Source: Rhodothermales bacterium
GTDB taxonomy: Bacteria > Bacteroidota > Rhodothermia > Rhodothermales > VXPQ01
NCBI GenBank assembly: GCA_040904565.1
Contig: JBBDTI010000054.1
Location: 22,144-86,143 of the forward strand
Direction of reading: 5' to 3'
DNA: 64,000 bases
Below, one piece after another: positions 53,221 through 62,500 of this stretch (the first letter of the stretch is position 1; each line of letters starts with the position of its first letter). The translations under genes and the position numbers were made by a program. The notes beneath the pieces are model-generated. The model ran no database searches, was not told where the DNA came from, and was given only the letters and a program-made list of their open reading frames with translations.

Positions 53221-54009
53221 ATGCAGGTCGTTCTCGTACAACTCGACGTGGCGTGGGAGCGCCCGGAAGCCAATTTCCGGGCCGTCGAACGGCTGCTCGG
53301 CCGGGTGACGGTCTCCCCCGGTTCTTTGATCGTCCTGCCGGAGATGTTTTCTGTCGGATTCACGATGAACGTAGCTGCCGCCGCGGAGGAGGAAGGCGGG
53401 CCGACGGAGCGCTTCCTGGAAGATATGGCCGCTCGCCATGAGGCCTACGTGGTGGGCGGCGTTTGCCGGATGGGAAGCGACGGCAGGGGCCGCAACGATG
53501 CGCTCGTCGTGGCGCCGGACGGCCGACGGGTGGACCGGTATACGAAGCTGCACCCGTTCTCGTACGCGGGTGAAACGGATCATTATGCGCCCGGTGACGA
53601 CATCATTGTGTTCGATTGGGATGGACTCAAGACGGCGCCCTTCATCTGCTATGACCTCCGTTTCCCCGAGGCGTACCGGCACGCCGCCATGCGGGGCGCC
53701 GGCCTGCTGGTTACGATCGCCAATTTCCCTTCGGCGCGCGTACGCCATTGGACCGATCTTTTGATCGCGCGCGCCATCGAGAATCAGGCCTATTGCGTCG
53801 GCGTGAACCGCTGCGGCTCCGACCCGAATGTGGCGTATCCGGGCAGGAGCGTCGCAGTGGACCCGCTTGGACATATCGTGGCCGAGGCGGCGGCCGAAGA
53901 AACCGTCGTCGTCGTCCATATCGATGGGAAAGAGCCGTCGCGGGTGCGAAGCGCGTTTCCCGCCTTGAGAGACGCCCGGGCGGACCTGCTCGGCGGATCG
54001 TCGCGGTAG
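53221..54009 (+). CDS. Carbon-nitrogen hydrolase family protein (nitrilase-related, omega-amidase-like)
   Basis: ATG at 53221, 3 nt after the aminotransferase stop. Glu-Lys-Cys triad context: VLPEMF, YTKLHPF, FICYDLRFPE. Confidence 0.8.
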   Translation: MQVVLVQLDVAWERPEANFRAVERLLGRVTVSPGSLIVLPEMFSVGFTMNVAAAAEEEGGPTERFLEDMAARHEAYVVGGVCRMGSDGRGRNDALVVAPDGRRVDRYTKLHPFSYAGETDHYAPGDDIIVFDWDGLKTAPFICYDLRFPEAYRHAAMRGAGLLVTIANFPSARVRHWTDLLIARAIENQAYCVGVNRCGSDPNVAYPGRSVAVDPLGHIVAEAAAEETVVVVHIDGKEPSRVRSAFPALRDARADLLGGSSR

Positions 54010-54046
54010 CAGTGATTGCTATCAGATACACATATCGGGTTAATCT

Positions 54047-55111
54047 ATGTTGAGCCGCGTTTTCGCTTTCGTACTCATGATGTCGGCGGCCGCACCGGGT
54101 GTCGCTCAGGACGTGGATCCAGTTCCCGTTACGCTGCCGGGAAGCGATTTCGTACCCAGCATCGCGCAGGATCAAGCCGGCGTAATGTGGATCGCGACGC
54201 AGGGCGGCCTGCTGCGCTACGACGGGGAGGACGCACGGTTGTACACGCACGACTCACTCGACGCCGCCTCCATCTCCCACAACTACATCGAGGAGGTGTA
54301 CGTCGACCGATCCGGCACATTGTGGGTGGGAACGTACGGCGGGGGACTGAATCGATACATCCCCGACACGGACTCGTTCGAACGATTCCGGCACGACCCG
54401 GATGATCCCCGGAGCCTCAATCACGATAACGTGGCCGCGATTCTGGAGGATCGAAACGGCGTGCTCTGGGTCGGCACGCGAGGTGGACTGAACCGGCTCG
54501 ACCGGAGCAGGGGCGGTTTCGAACGGTTCGAGCACGATCCGCAAGATCCCACGACCATCTCTAACAACTGGGCGCGAGCGCTGCATGAGGATAGCCGGGG
54601 GAGATTCTGGGTCGGGACGCATGGTGGACTCAACCTGTTCGACCGCAACGACGGTACGTTTACGCGCTTTACACATGATCCGGACGACCCGACGAGCCTC
54701 ATCGAAGGCCGGGTGTCGGCCATCCACGAGGATGACGACGGGCGTCTGTGGGTCGGCACAGGTCGTACGACGGGCGGGCTGAACGTGCTCGATGTGGAAG
54801 AGGGGACCGTCAGACGGTATCGCTTCGATGCGTCGGCGTCGGACTGGCCCGCCGATCCGCGTCCGTCCGGGCCCTGGACCGGCGGAGGCGTGACGGCCAT
54901 CGAGCAGGATGTCGACGGGACGCTGTGGTTTGCAAACTGGGAAGGATGGGTCACGGGATTCGATCCATCGACGAACCGGGCCGTAAATTACAACGTGCGC
55001 GAGCTTACAGAGGCCCCGGAGGCCCATCCGTTTACGATCTTCCAGTCGGACGACGGGACGCTCTGGTTCGGATCCGTATATGGGCCGCTGCTTCGGTCCG
55101 CTTCGCCATGA
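54047..55111 (+). CDS. Two-component-regulator propeller (Reg_prop) repeat protein, secreted, stand-alone
   Basis: Signal peptide. Repeats GVMWIATQGGLLRYD, GTLWVGTYGGGLNRY, GVLWVGTRGGLNRLD, GRFWVGTHGGLNLFD, GRLWVGTGRTTGGLNVLD, GTLWFANWEGW, GTLWFGSVYG. No Y_Y_Y, kinase or DNA-binding domain follows. Confidence 0.75.
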   Translation: MLSRVFAFVLMMSAAAPGVAQDVDPVPVTLPGSDFVPSIAQDQAGVMWIATQGGLLRYDGEDARLYTHDSLDAASISHNYIEEVYVDRSGTLWVGTYGGGLNRYIPDTDSFERFRHDPDDPRSLNHDNVAAILEDRNGVLWVGTRGGLNRLDRSRGGFERFEHDPQDPTTISNNWARALHEDSRGRFWVGTHGGLNLFDRNDGTFTRFTHDPDDPTSLIEGRVSAIHEDDDGRLWVGTGRTTGGLNVLDVEEGTVRRYRFDASASDWPADPRPSGPWTGGGVTAIEQDVDGTLWFANWEGWVTGFDPSTNRAVNYNVRELTEAPEAHPFTIFQSDDGTLWFGSVYGPLLRSASP

Positions 55112-55322
55112 ATCGGCAGTTTGGCAGCTTGTCGGCCCTTCGAAAGTCCGGCACGGGTGAGATTCCATCCATACTTCAACGGCACGACCTGTGAGAGCCC
55201 GTTGCCTGTGGGCGGTCTATTCCGTACCCTGAATGCTGACTGAACCGGGTATTTCGTCTATGCCGACGGGCGTCTTTATAGATTCCCATCACTCACCTCA
55301 TCGTACTTGAAATCTTACTGCT

Positions 55323-56075
55323 ATGAAATCAATCTATACTGCATGGCTACTTGCAGCCGCGCTGCTTCTTGGAACCGCCGTCGAGACCGCATCGGCGCAG
55401 GCCCCGGAGGGCTTCGAGTCCATTTTCAACGGGAGAAATTTCGACGGATGGCAGGTGCCTGAGGGCGACAACGGGCACTGGCGCGTCGTGAATGGCGCGA
55501 TCGACTATGACGCTGAGAGTGAGGCCGAAGGAGATAAGAGCCTCTACACGGAAGACGAGTACGGGGATTACGTGCTGCTGATCGACTGGCGGATTAAGAC
55601 CGTTGCGCCCTATACGAATCCGCGCGTCCCCATCATTCTGGGTGACGGGACGCACAAGAAGGATCAGGATGGAAACGATATGGTGATCTCCGTCCCGGAC
55701 TCCGACTCCGGCATCATTCCGCGTGGGCACGGAAAGGCCCAGCACAATATCTGGAACTGGCCGTACGGGTCGGGTGAGGTATATGGTTATCGGATGGATG
55801 ACAACCAGCCGCCGGCGGTGCGCAGCGCGGCCGTGCCGCTCACCAACGCCGACAACGACATCCGGGAATGGAATACGTCCGAGATCACCGTCCAGGGTCA
55901 ATTCATGACGATCAGGATCAACGGTGAGCTGGTGATCGATCGCATTCACCTCAACGAGATTCCGGAAAGCGGACCCATCGGTTTGCAGCATCACGGTTCG
56001 AAGCGGGACGGTGAATGGGTCAGTCCGCCCTCCCTCGTTCAGTTCCGCAACATCTACGTCAAGGATCTCGAATAG
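55323..56075 (+). CDS. DUF1080 (3-keto-disaccharide hydrolase-like) domain protein, secreted
   Basis: ATG at 55323 with a signal peptide. Family-typical FESIFNGRNFDGWQVPEGDNGHWRVVNGAIDYD, GPIGLQHHG, FRNIYVKDL. Confidence 0.85.
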   Translation: MKSIYTAWLLAAALLLGTAVETASAQAPEGFESIFNGRNFDGWQVPEGDNGHWRVVNGAIDYDAESEAEGDKSLYTEDEYGDYVLLIDWRIKTVAPYTNPRVPIILGDGTHKKDQDGNDMVISVPDSDSGIIPRGHGKAQHNIWNWPYGSGEVYGYRMDDNQPPAVRSAAVPLTNADNDIREWNTSEITVQGQFMTIRINGELVIDRIHLNEIPESGPIGLQHHGSKRDGEWVSPPSLVQFRNIYVKDLE

Positions 56076-56176
56076 CGCGGTGCGCAGGCGGGCGGTTCCG
56101 GCAGACCACCGGCACTGCCCGCAACGCGCATGCGCCTAGACGTTCCGGACTAATCGTGACCGGTTCACGTCCGTCT

Positions 56177-56746
56177 ATGATATCGTCATCGCCGTTCCAG
56201 GCGCTTATTTTCGATTGTGACGGGACGCTGGCCGACACGGCTCCGCTTCACTACGATGCTCTCCTCGCGGCCTTCGCCGACGCCGGCGTCGAGTTTCCTC
56301 GATCGTGGTACCTCGAGCGCGTCGGGCTTTCCCGTCCCGCCTTCTTTAAGGAAGTCAGGGAGGTATTCGACGCCGAGATCGACGAGGAAGCGATCATGTC
56401 GAGGCACGAGCGGCATTTTCTCGGCACGGTGGCGGGCGTGGAGCCGATCGACCACATCGTTTCCGTGGCGCGTACGTTTTCCGCATCCGTGCCGATGGCC
56501 GTCGCGTCCGGCGGGCAGCGACGGCACGTCCTCGCGACGCTTGAAGCACTCGATTTGACGCACCTCTTCAGCACGATCGTGACGCTCGAGGACGTCGTGC
56601 GCGGGAAGCCTGCACCGGATCTGTTTCTTGAGGCGGCGCGCCGGCTCGACGTCGAGCCGGACGGATGCGTCGTCTATGAGGACAGTGAAGAAGGATTGTT
56701 GGCCGCCACCAGGGCAGGCATGCGCGCCGTGGACGTCCGCAGCTGA
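56177..56746 (+). CDS. HAD-superfamily hydrolase (beta-phosphoglucomutase-like subfamily IA)
   Basis: ATG at 56177. Motif I LIFDCDGTLADT, motif IV-like VYEDSEEGL. Confidence 0.8.
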   Translation: MISSSPFQALIFDCDGTLADTAPLHYDALLAAFADAGVEFPRSWYLERVGLSRPAFFKEVREVFDAEIDEEAIMSRHERHFLGTVAGVEPIDHIVSVARTFSASVPMAVASGGQRRHVLATLEALDLTHLFSTIVTLEDVVRGKPAPDLFLEAARRLDVEPDGCVVYEDSEEGLLAATRAGMRAVDVRS

Positions 56747-56927
56747 CGCCCCTCGCGCATTCCACGTGCCCCCTTCCGCAGCCGTCGACGCAAGGAACCT
56801 GCACCTTTTTGGATATTAACAGTATGTTATCATTGCCGTATCAGCGGCTGTGTCAGATAGGAAACGCCGGACGGTTCTTTTCGAGAGGAGGGACCGCTCG
56901 TCGATTTCATCGTGCAGGTTTATCGGC

Positions 56928-56950
56928 AGGCCCGGTTTAACCGGCCTTTT
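56928..56950 (+). terminator. GC-rich hairpin followed by TTTT (intrinsic terminator or leader attenuator)
   Basis: AGGCC(C)GGT-TTA-ACCGGCCT then TTTT, read directly. 180 nt after the HAD stop and 92 nt before the 57042 start. Confidence 0.45.
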
Positions 56951-57041
56951 CCCCTAGTCGTGTACACGTCGTCGTATACAATCGTCGGGCCGTTGGGCGA
57001 TCTTCGAAACGCTATCTCTAGCTTCTGCCTCTCCGTCGTAC

Positions 57042-58088
57042 ATGATCCGATTTGTGTTGAGCGTCGGGCTCGTCGCCGCGATCTGTGCGGGCATCCTTTT
57101 TCTGCCCGTGGATGTGCCGTATACGGTTTCGGGTAATGGCATCGTTATGCCGGCACAAGAATGGCTGATCGTGCGAGACGCGGGCGGGTCGATCGGAACG
57201 ATGCTTCGAGACCACCTCGATGGAACCGTGCGCAGCGCCGATCTGCATCGTTTCGAAAGAGGGGATGTGGTACGGTATCGTCTCCATCCATCCATCGGAG
57301 CGCGAACGCCGATCTCGGAAGGTGATACGATCCTGACCATTCGGTCAAACGAGACGGAGCGCCGGATAGCGGCCCTGAGCGGTGATGTCGCGTCCGCCGA
57401 GTCGACCGTCTCCCTGCAGACCTCCGGGGAAAAGGAGCCCGTTGTCGTGCGTGCCGAACGTAATCTGGCTCGTGTGATGGAGGAACTGGCGCAGGCACGC
57501 CGAGAGGTAAACCGTCTTGCGCCCCTTGCCGAACGGCGTGTCGTTGCGCAGCAGGAGCTGGATCTTGCCCAGAGCCGTGTGCAGGTGCTCGAGGCCGAGG
57601 TCGAGATGGCCAGAGCGGAGCTGGAGATGGTACGGACGGGCGCCAGAGACGAACAGGTGGACGTGGCGCGAAGCATCGCCGCCGCGCGCCGGCAGGAACT
57701 GGAAGCCCTCTCCGAACGCCGTGATATGCTGACGGTCCGCACACCGATCGGGGGCGTGGTCGTGCGTTCGTACGGTGCCGACACGCTGCTGACCGTACGC
57801 GACACGTCGTCCGCCGTCGCCGTCGTGCCGATTCCGGTGACGGACGCACGGTACGTACGGGTGGGGCAGCCGGTCACGCTGGATATGCAGGACATGTCCG
57901 TTCGACTCGAGGGGCGTCTCGTGCGCATCGACGAGACGGTTCGTCGCCTCCAGGGATCACAGGTTGTGATGGCCGTCGTGCGGGTAGACAGTCCAGTACG
58001 AGACACCATCGTCGGTGGTATCGTTCGCTGCACCATCTCGGCAGATTCCGTACGTCTGCTGGAGTACGCTCGCAGGAAAGTACAGTAG
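57042..58088 (+). CDS. HlyD/membrane-fusion-protein-like periplasmic adaptor (orphan; no pump gene adjacent)
   Basis: ATG at 57042. N-terminal TM MIRFVLSVGLVAAICAGILFL. About 100-aa Ala/Arg/Glu/Leu coiled coil (ARREVNRLAPLAERRVVAQQELDLAQSRVQVLEAEVEMARAELEMVR). LTVRTPIGGVVV beta-barrel motif. Confidence 0.7.
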   Translation: MIRFVLSVGLVAAICAGILFLPVDVPYTVSGNGIVMPAQEWLIVRDAGGSIGTMLRDHLDGTVRSADLHRFERGDVVRYRLHPSIGARTPISEGDTILTIRSNETERRIAALSGDVASAESTVSLQTSGEKEPVVVRAERNLARVMEELAQARREVNRLAPLAERRVVAQQELDLAQSRVQVLEAEVEMARAELEMVRTGARDEQVDVARSIAAARRQELEALSERRDMLTVRTPIGGVVVRSYGADTLLTVRDTSSAVAVVPIPVTDARYVRVGQPVTLDMQDMSVRLEGRLVRIDETVRRLQGSQVVMAVVRVDSPVRDTIVGGIVRCTISADSVRLLEYARRKVQ

Positions 58089-58097
58089 TATCCTAGT

Positions 58098-58886
58098 ATG
58101 CGCGACGAATTCAAATATGTGCTGCCCGTGGACGCGCTGCCCGACGTACGTCGGGCCATCGAGCCCTTTGTACGTCTGGACGAGCACGGCGTGGGCTTCG
58201 AGGAGGTGGGGTACGCCGTGCGCAGCATTTATCTCGACTCCGCCAGGCTGCGATTCTACCACGAGAAGAGGGGGCATCTTCAGCACCGCAAGAAGATTCG
58301 AATCCGGGGATACAACGAGCCCGGGGTGGATCCTTCCGTCTTTCTGGAAATCAAGCGAAAATCGAATGCCGCCATCGCGAAAGAGCGGACGATGATGCCG
58401 TACGACGACCTGCTCGGGCTCATACAGACGGGACGGGTTGCGGCGCACATGGCTTCGTTATCGGTGGAAGACAGTGCCGTGGTTCGACGCGCCTTCTACC
58501 ACATGTTCAAACACGACCTCCGGCCGACCTGTCTGGTCGTTTACGAGCGGGAGGCGTTCGAAGGGCGGTTCGACCGTACGTTTCGCATCACGCTGGACAG
58601 AAATCTGCGCGGCGTGATGTACCCGGATTGGCACGGGCTGTACGAGGAGGACGGCCTCGTCGATGCCTTGCCCGGATATTTTGTCATGGAGGTCAAGTTC
58701 GATATCCGCATGCCTGCCTGGATGCGTCAGGTCATCTCCGAGTTTGGGATCATGCAGCGGGCGCTGTCCAAATACTGTGTCTGCATCGACGCGTTCGAGC
58801 GACGAATCGATACGAAATCGGCCGTCCTGGCGTGTGCGCCGCCGATACGGACTGCCACTCAGGTATCCGTCCACGTCACGGGTTGA
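58098..58886 (+). CDS. VTC domain protein (polyphosphate polymerase-type triphosphate-tunnel fold)
   Basis: ATG at 58098, 9 nt after the upstream stop. MRDEFKYVLP start strand, VRSIYLDS, KIRIRGY, FLEIKRK and FVMEVKF strands are typical of bacterial VTC/CYTH-like proteins. Confidence 0.7.
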   Translation: MRDEFKYVLPVDALPDVRRAIEPFVRLDEHGVGFEEVGYAVRSIYLDSARLRFYHEKRGHLQHRKKIRIRGYNEPGVDPSVFLEIKRKSNAAIAKERTMMPYDDLLGLIQTGRVAAHMASLSVEDSAVVRRAFYHMFKHDLRPTCLVVYEREAFEGRFDRTFRITLDRNLRGVMYPDWHGLYEEDGLVDALPGYFVMEVKFDIRMPAWMRQVISEFGIMQRALSKYCVCIDAFERRIDTKSAVLACAPPIRTATQVSVHVTG

Positions 58887-58896
58887 TAACGGAAGC

Positions 58897-59574
58897 ATGC
58901 TTCAAGACTTTCAGAATATATCGCTTCAGGCCGTGGATCTCGGCTTCATCCTGAGTGCCCTCGGGGTGTCGTTCGTATGTGGACTCGCGATCGCCGTGCT
59001 GTACCAGGTCACGTACAAAGGTTCGAGCTATTCACCGACCTTCGTGCGAGCGCTCATCTTCATGGCCATGATTACGGCCATCGTCATGCTGGCCATCGGC
59101 AACAACTTGGCCAGGGCGTTCGGACTCGTCGGTGCCATGTCGATTATCCGTTTCCGAACCGCCGTCAAGGACCCGCAGGATATCGTGTTCGTGTTTTTCG
59201 CCCTGGCGACGGGCCTGGCTGCAGGCGTGGGCATGTTCATGGTCGCCATCGTCGGTACGACGGTAATCGGAACCGTCGTGGCCCTGGCGTCCGGGACCGA
59301 TTTCGGCGTGAAGAACCGCCAGTCCTTTCTCATGCAGCTGACGTACGATGCGCCGAAGCACAACGGGGAGGCATCGTACCTGCCAATCCTCGAGAGGTAT
59401 TGCAAAAAGCACGACCTCGTGAACGCCAAGAGCGCTCAGGGTGGGGACGTGCTCGACCTTACATTTTTCGTGAAGCTGCGCCGCGACGATCAGCTTGAGG
59501 CGTTCACGCGCGATCTAGGGGGCGCGGAGCACGTCCGTCACGTCAATGTCTTCTATGACGAACAGGAGGCGTAA
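58897..59574 (+). CDS. DUF4956 family integral membrane protein
   Basis: ATG at 58897, 10 nt after the VTC stop. Hydrophobic N-half with GAMSIIRFRTAVKDPQDIVFVFFALATGLAAGVG. Soluble C-terminal ~70 aa. Confidence 0.7.
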   Translation: MLQDFQNISLQAVDLGFILSALGVSFVCGLAIAVLYQVTYKGSSYSPTFVRALIFMAMITAIVMLAIGNNLARAFGLVGAMSIIRFRTAVKDPQDIVFVFFALATGLAAGVGMFMVAIVGTTVIGTVVALASGTDFGVKNRQSFLMQLTYDAPKHNGEASYLPILERYCKKHDLVNAKSAQGGDVLDLTFFVKLRRDDQLEAFTRDLGGAEHVRHVNVFYDEQEA

Positions 59575-59578
59575 CACC

Positions 59579-62500
59579 CTATCGTACGAAGGTCACCGTG
59601 CGCGTCACGCTGAACGATCGACCCGTCGCCCGCAGCAGGTAGATGCCGCTCGCGAGGCCCGCACCGTCGACCGTGATGGTGTGGAGGGCCCCTTCCGAAA
59701 CAGAGCCGTCGTAGAGTACGCGCAGCCGGCGGCCCAGCATGTCGTACAGTTCTACGCGCACGGGCTGCGTCTCACTCACCGTCAGCACGCTTTCGGCGCG
59801 GGTCTGGGCCGGGTTCGGATATACGGATGTAAGTGCGTTGTCCCCACTCGGTACGGGCTCGGGCTCCGGTTCCGCGGGAGCCGCGTAGAGCACGAACGGC
59901 CGCGGCATGGCGCGCCACGCCGCCGGGTCGTCGCTGTAGGATGAGACCTCGAGGCGAAAGAGCGAGGATCCGCCGCCGTCGGCCGGCTCCGGCCAGGGCG
60001 AGGCATCGCCGAACGTGACGCGTTCTTCAAGCGTTTCCGGAATGAAGTCGGGATCGTCCGCGGGGGGCTCGTCCGGCCGGTTTAACTCCAGCATTTCTCC
60101 GTCATTGGCCAGACGGCCCTCCCATCCACCCACCAGGAGCGCGTCCCGGGTCCATCCATAAGCCGCCCGGAACGTCTCCGCTTTCTCCGGGGCGTTCTGA
60201 GGGTCGAAGGCGACGACGAAGAGGCTGTCGCCGGCACCCAGGATCAGTCCGTCAGGGAACGTGAAGTCGACGGCTTCTCGGACGGTCCACGCCGTCAAGT
60301 CTTCGGGCTCCGCGCCGGCGTTGTAGATCCCCACGTATTCCAGGTTTTCGTTATTACCGGGCGGATGGTACATGATTTCGCGCACGACGACGGAACCGAC
60401 GCGCGGCGCGGCATTGGCTCGCCCCAGCGTGATTTCCGACAGCGGAGCCAGACGGCCGCTCCCGTCCAAACGTCTTCCCAGGGATTCTCCGTTGCGGGCC
60501 GGTCCGAAAACGACGTGATCCGCGAAACGCACGGGGCGGCCGTCGGCATCGGTTTCCACCAGCCAGACTTCTTCACCGCGTGCGCCGTCGAGGGCGAAGT
60601 CGTTCTCCGAGCCGGACGCATTGAAGTCGGACTCATTGAAGACGATGAAGTCGCCCGGCTCGATCGTCGTGCCGTCCGGTATGTGGTACTTGTCGAACGG
60701 CAGGCCGTCGCTGAGGAACCAGCCGCTTATATCGACGGGTTCCGTCGAAGTGTTGTAGAGCTCCACGGCATCCGTCTCGGGAGGGTCCGTGTGCGACAGG
60801 ATCTCGTTTACTACGACATCTACCGCGACATCCTTCCCGGTGAATGGCCCGGCGATTCCGGGCGAACCATGGTATTCGGCGCTCGCCAGCCACATCTCCG
60901 CCCGATCCGCTTCCCGAGCATGCAGGACCGGTTCTTCCGTAAGAACGAGCGAGCTGCCGGCGCCGTCCGCGCGCGACGGCCACGCTCCTCCGTCGCCATA
61001 GTCGACCGTAAAGACGATCTCACCGCTGCGGTCTGCCAGCGTAACCCGCTCCCCGCCGTTGCTCAGACGTCCGTCCTCGAAGACGCCCCCGATCTGGATG
61101 TCTGTACCGAACCGGGCTCGAAAGGCGGTGGAGTCAGACACGAGAACGGTGCGGGCGTCCGAGGCCAGGGACGTCGACCCGAACGAGAAATCGATACCGT
61201 TCGTGAAGGAGAGTCCGGCCAAAGCCACGGCACGGTCGGAACGGTTATGCAGCTCGATGAACTCGAAATCATCGCCGTCCACCATGCCCGCGGCCTGTTC
61301 GCCGGGTGTTGGATCGGGCGGATGGTAGTAGATCTCCGAGATTACCAGGGCGCCGGGCGTGGGAGCGGCGGTGTCGACGAAATATTCGGCGTCGCTGCGG
61401 GCGGACCATTCCCCCTCGTCGGACAGAAAGCGTGCGCTGACGGTCTGCCGTCCGGCGAGCGGCAGTGCTTCACCGTCGTATTCGACGGCTGCACCTGAGA
61501 CCGCACCGCCCAGCAGGCGTGGGTCGCTGCCGTCCAGCGTATAGTAGACGGATCCACCTGACGGTGCGTCGAGCGTAACCTGGTCGCTGCCGGAAATCTC
61601 GCCGCCGTCGTGGCTGAACGCGGGTGCGTCGACGGACGGATACAGGGGGGCGGGCGTGGTGCCCGCGCCCGACTCACCGCGCACGAATCGTTGGGCCGTC
61701 TGGAGCTGTTCGAGCAATACGTCACGTCGGGCGGGGAGAATGCCGTTTCGAAGCCGGGCCACCTCCGTTTTCCAGTCCGCCAGCCCTCTCGGCGGTTCAC
61801 GTTTCGCGTCGCCCCAGCGCGCCGATTCACTGATCAGCACGTCTTCGATCTCCGCCTTTCGCGTATCCATGCGGGCGACGCTCGGTGACGTCGTCATAGC
61901 ACCGCCGTCGAACAGATGCCGATGCGCGAAGTCGGCGAAGCGGAACCGGTATTCCGGCGAGCCCATTAATTGCTGGTGGATCCACTGCGGGTTGCTGAAC
62001 CGAAACTGATCTCCGGCGGGGAACGGTCCGGTCCGGTCGATCGACGGATCCAACAACGCGTGCTCGCTGTCGTGCGCGAACCACTTGAAACCATGATCGC
62101 CGGTCCGATCGCGGTATCCGAAGAAATTGTTCGTACCCATGAACGGCGTGATCGGAGCGTCCGGATTGCCCGTCCAGAAAATGACGAGCATGTACTGGAT
62201 CAGATTATCGGCGTCCAGCAAGACGGGATAGGAAGGATTGCCCGTTCCGTCGGGGTCGAGACCCTGGAGCCGCATATACCATGCATCGCGCTCTTCTTCG
62301 GACTCCGCGGCCGCGAGCGTGTTGACGCCGTTGTACAGATCACGCCAGGCGTCAACCTTGCCGGACGTCATTTCCATCTCGTACCCGTTGTCGAGTCCGG
62401 CCGACTTGACGACGTCGAAATCGTCGGCATTCCCCCCTATGTACGTGGCGCCATGATGGTGGTCGGCACGTTCCTGCGTCTGAAAGAGCCCCCAGTACTG

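Noticed and set aside
56954-58228. 424-aa minus-strand ORF spanning the HlyD-like gene and the start of the VTC gene.
   Set aside because: Its Ser/Thr/Arg-rich translation has no domain signature. The + strand products have coherent TM, coiled-coil, barrel and VTC architecture with tight gene spacing.
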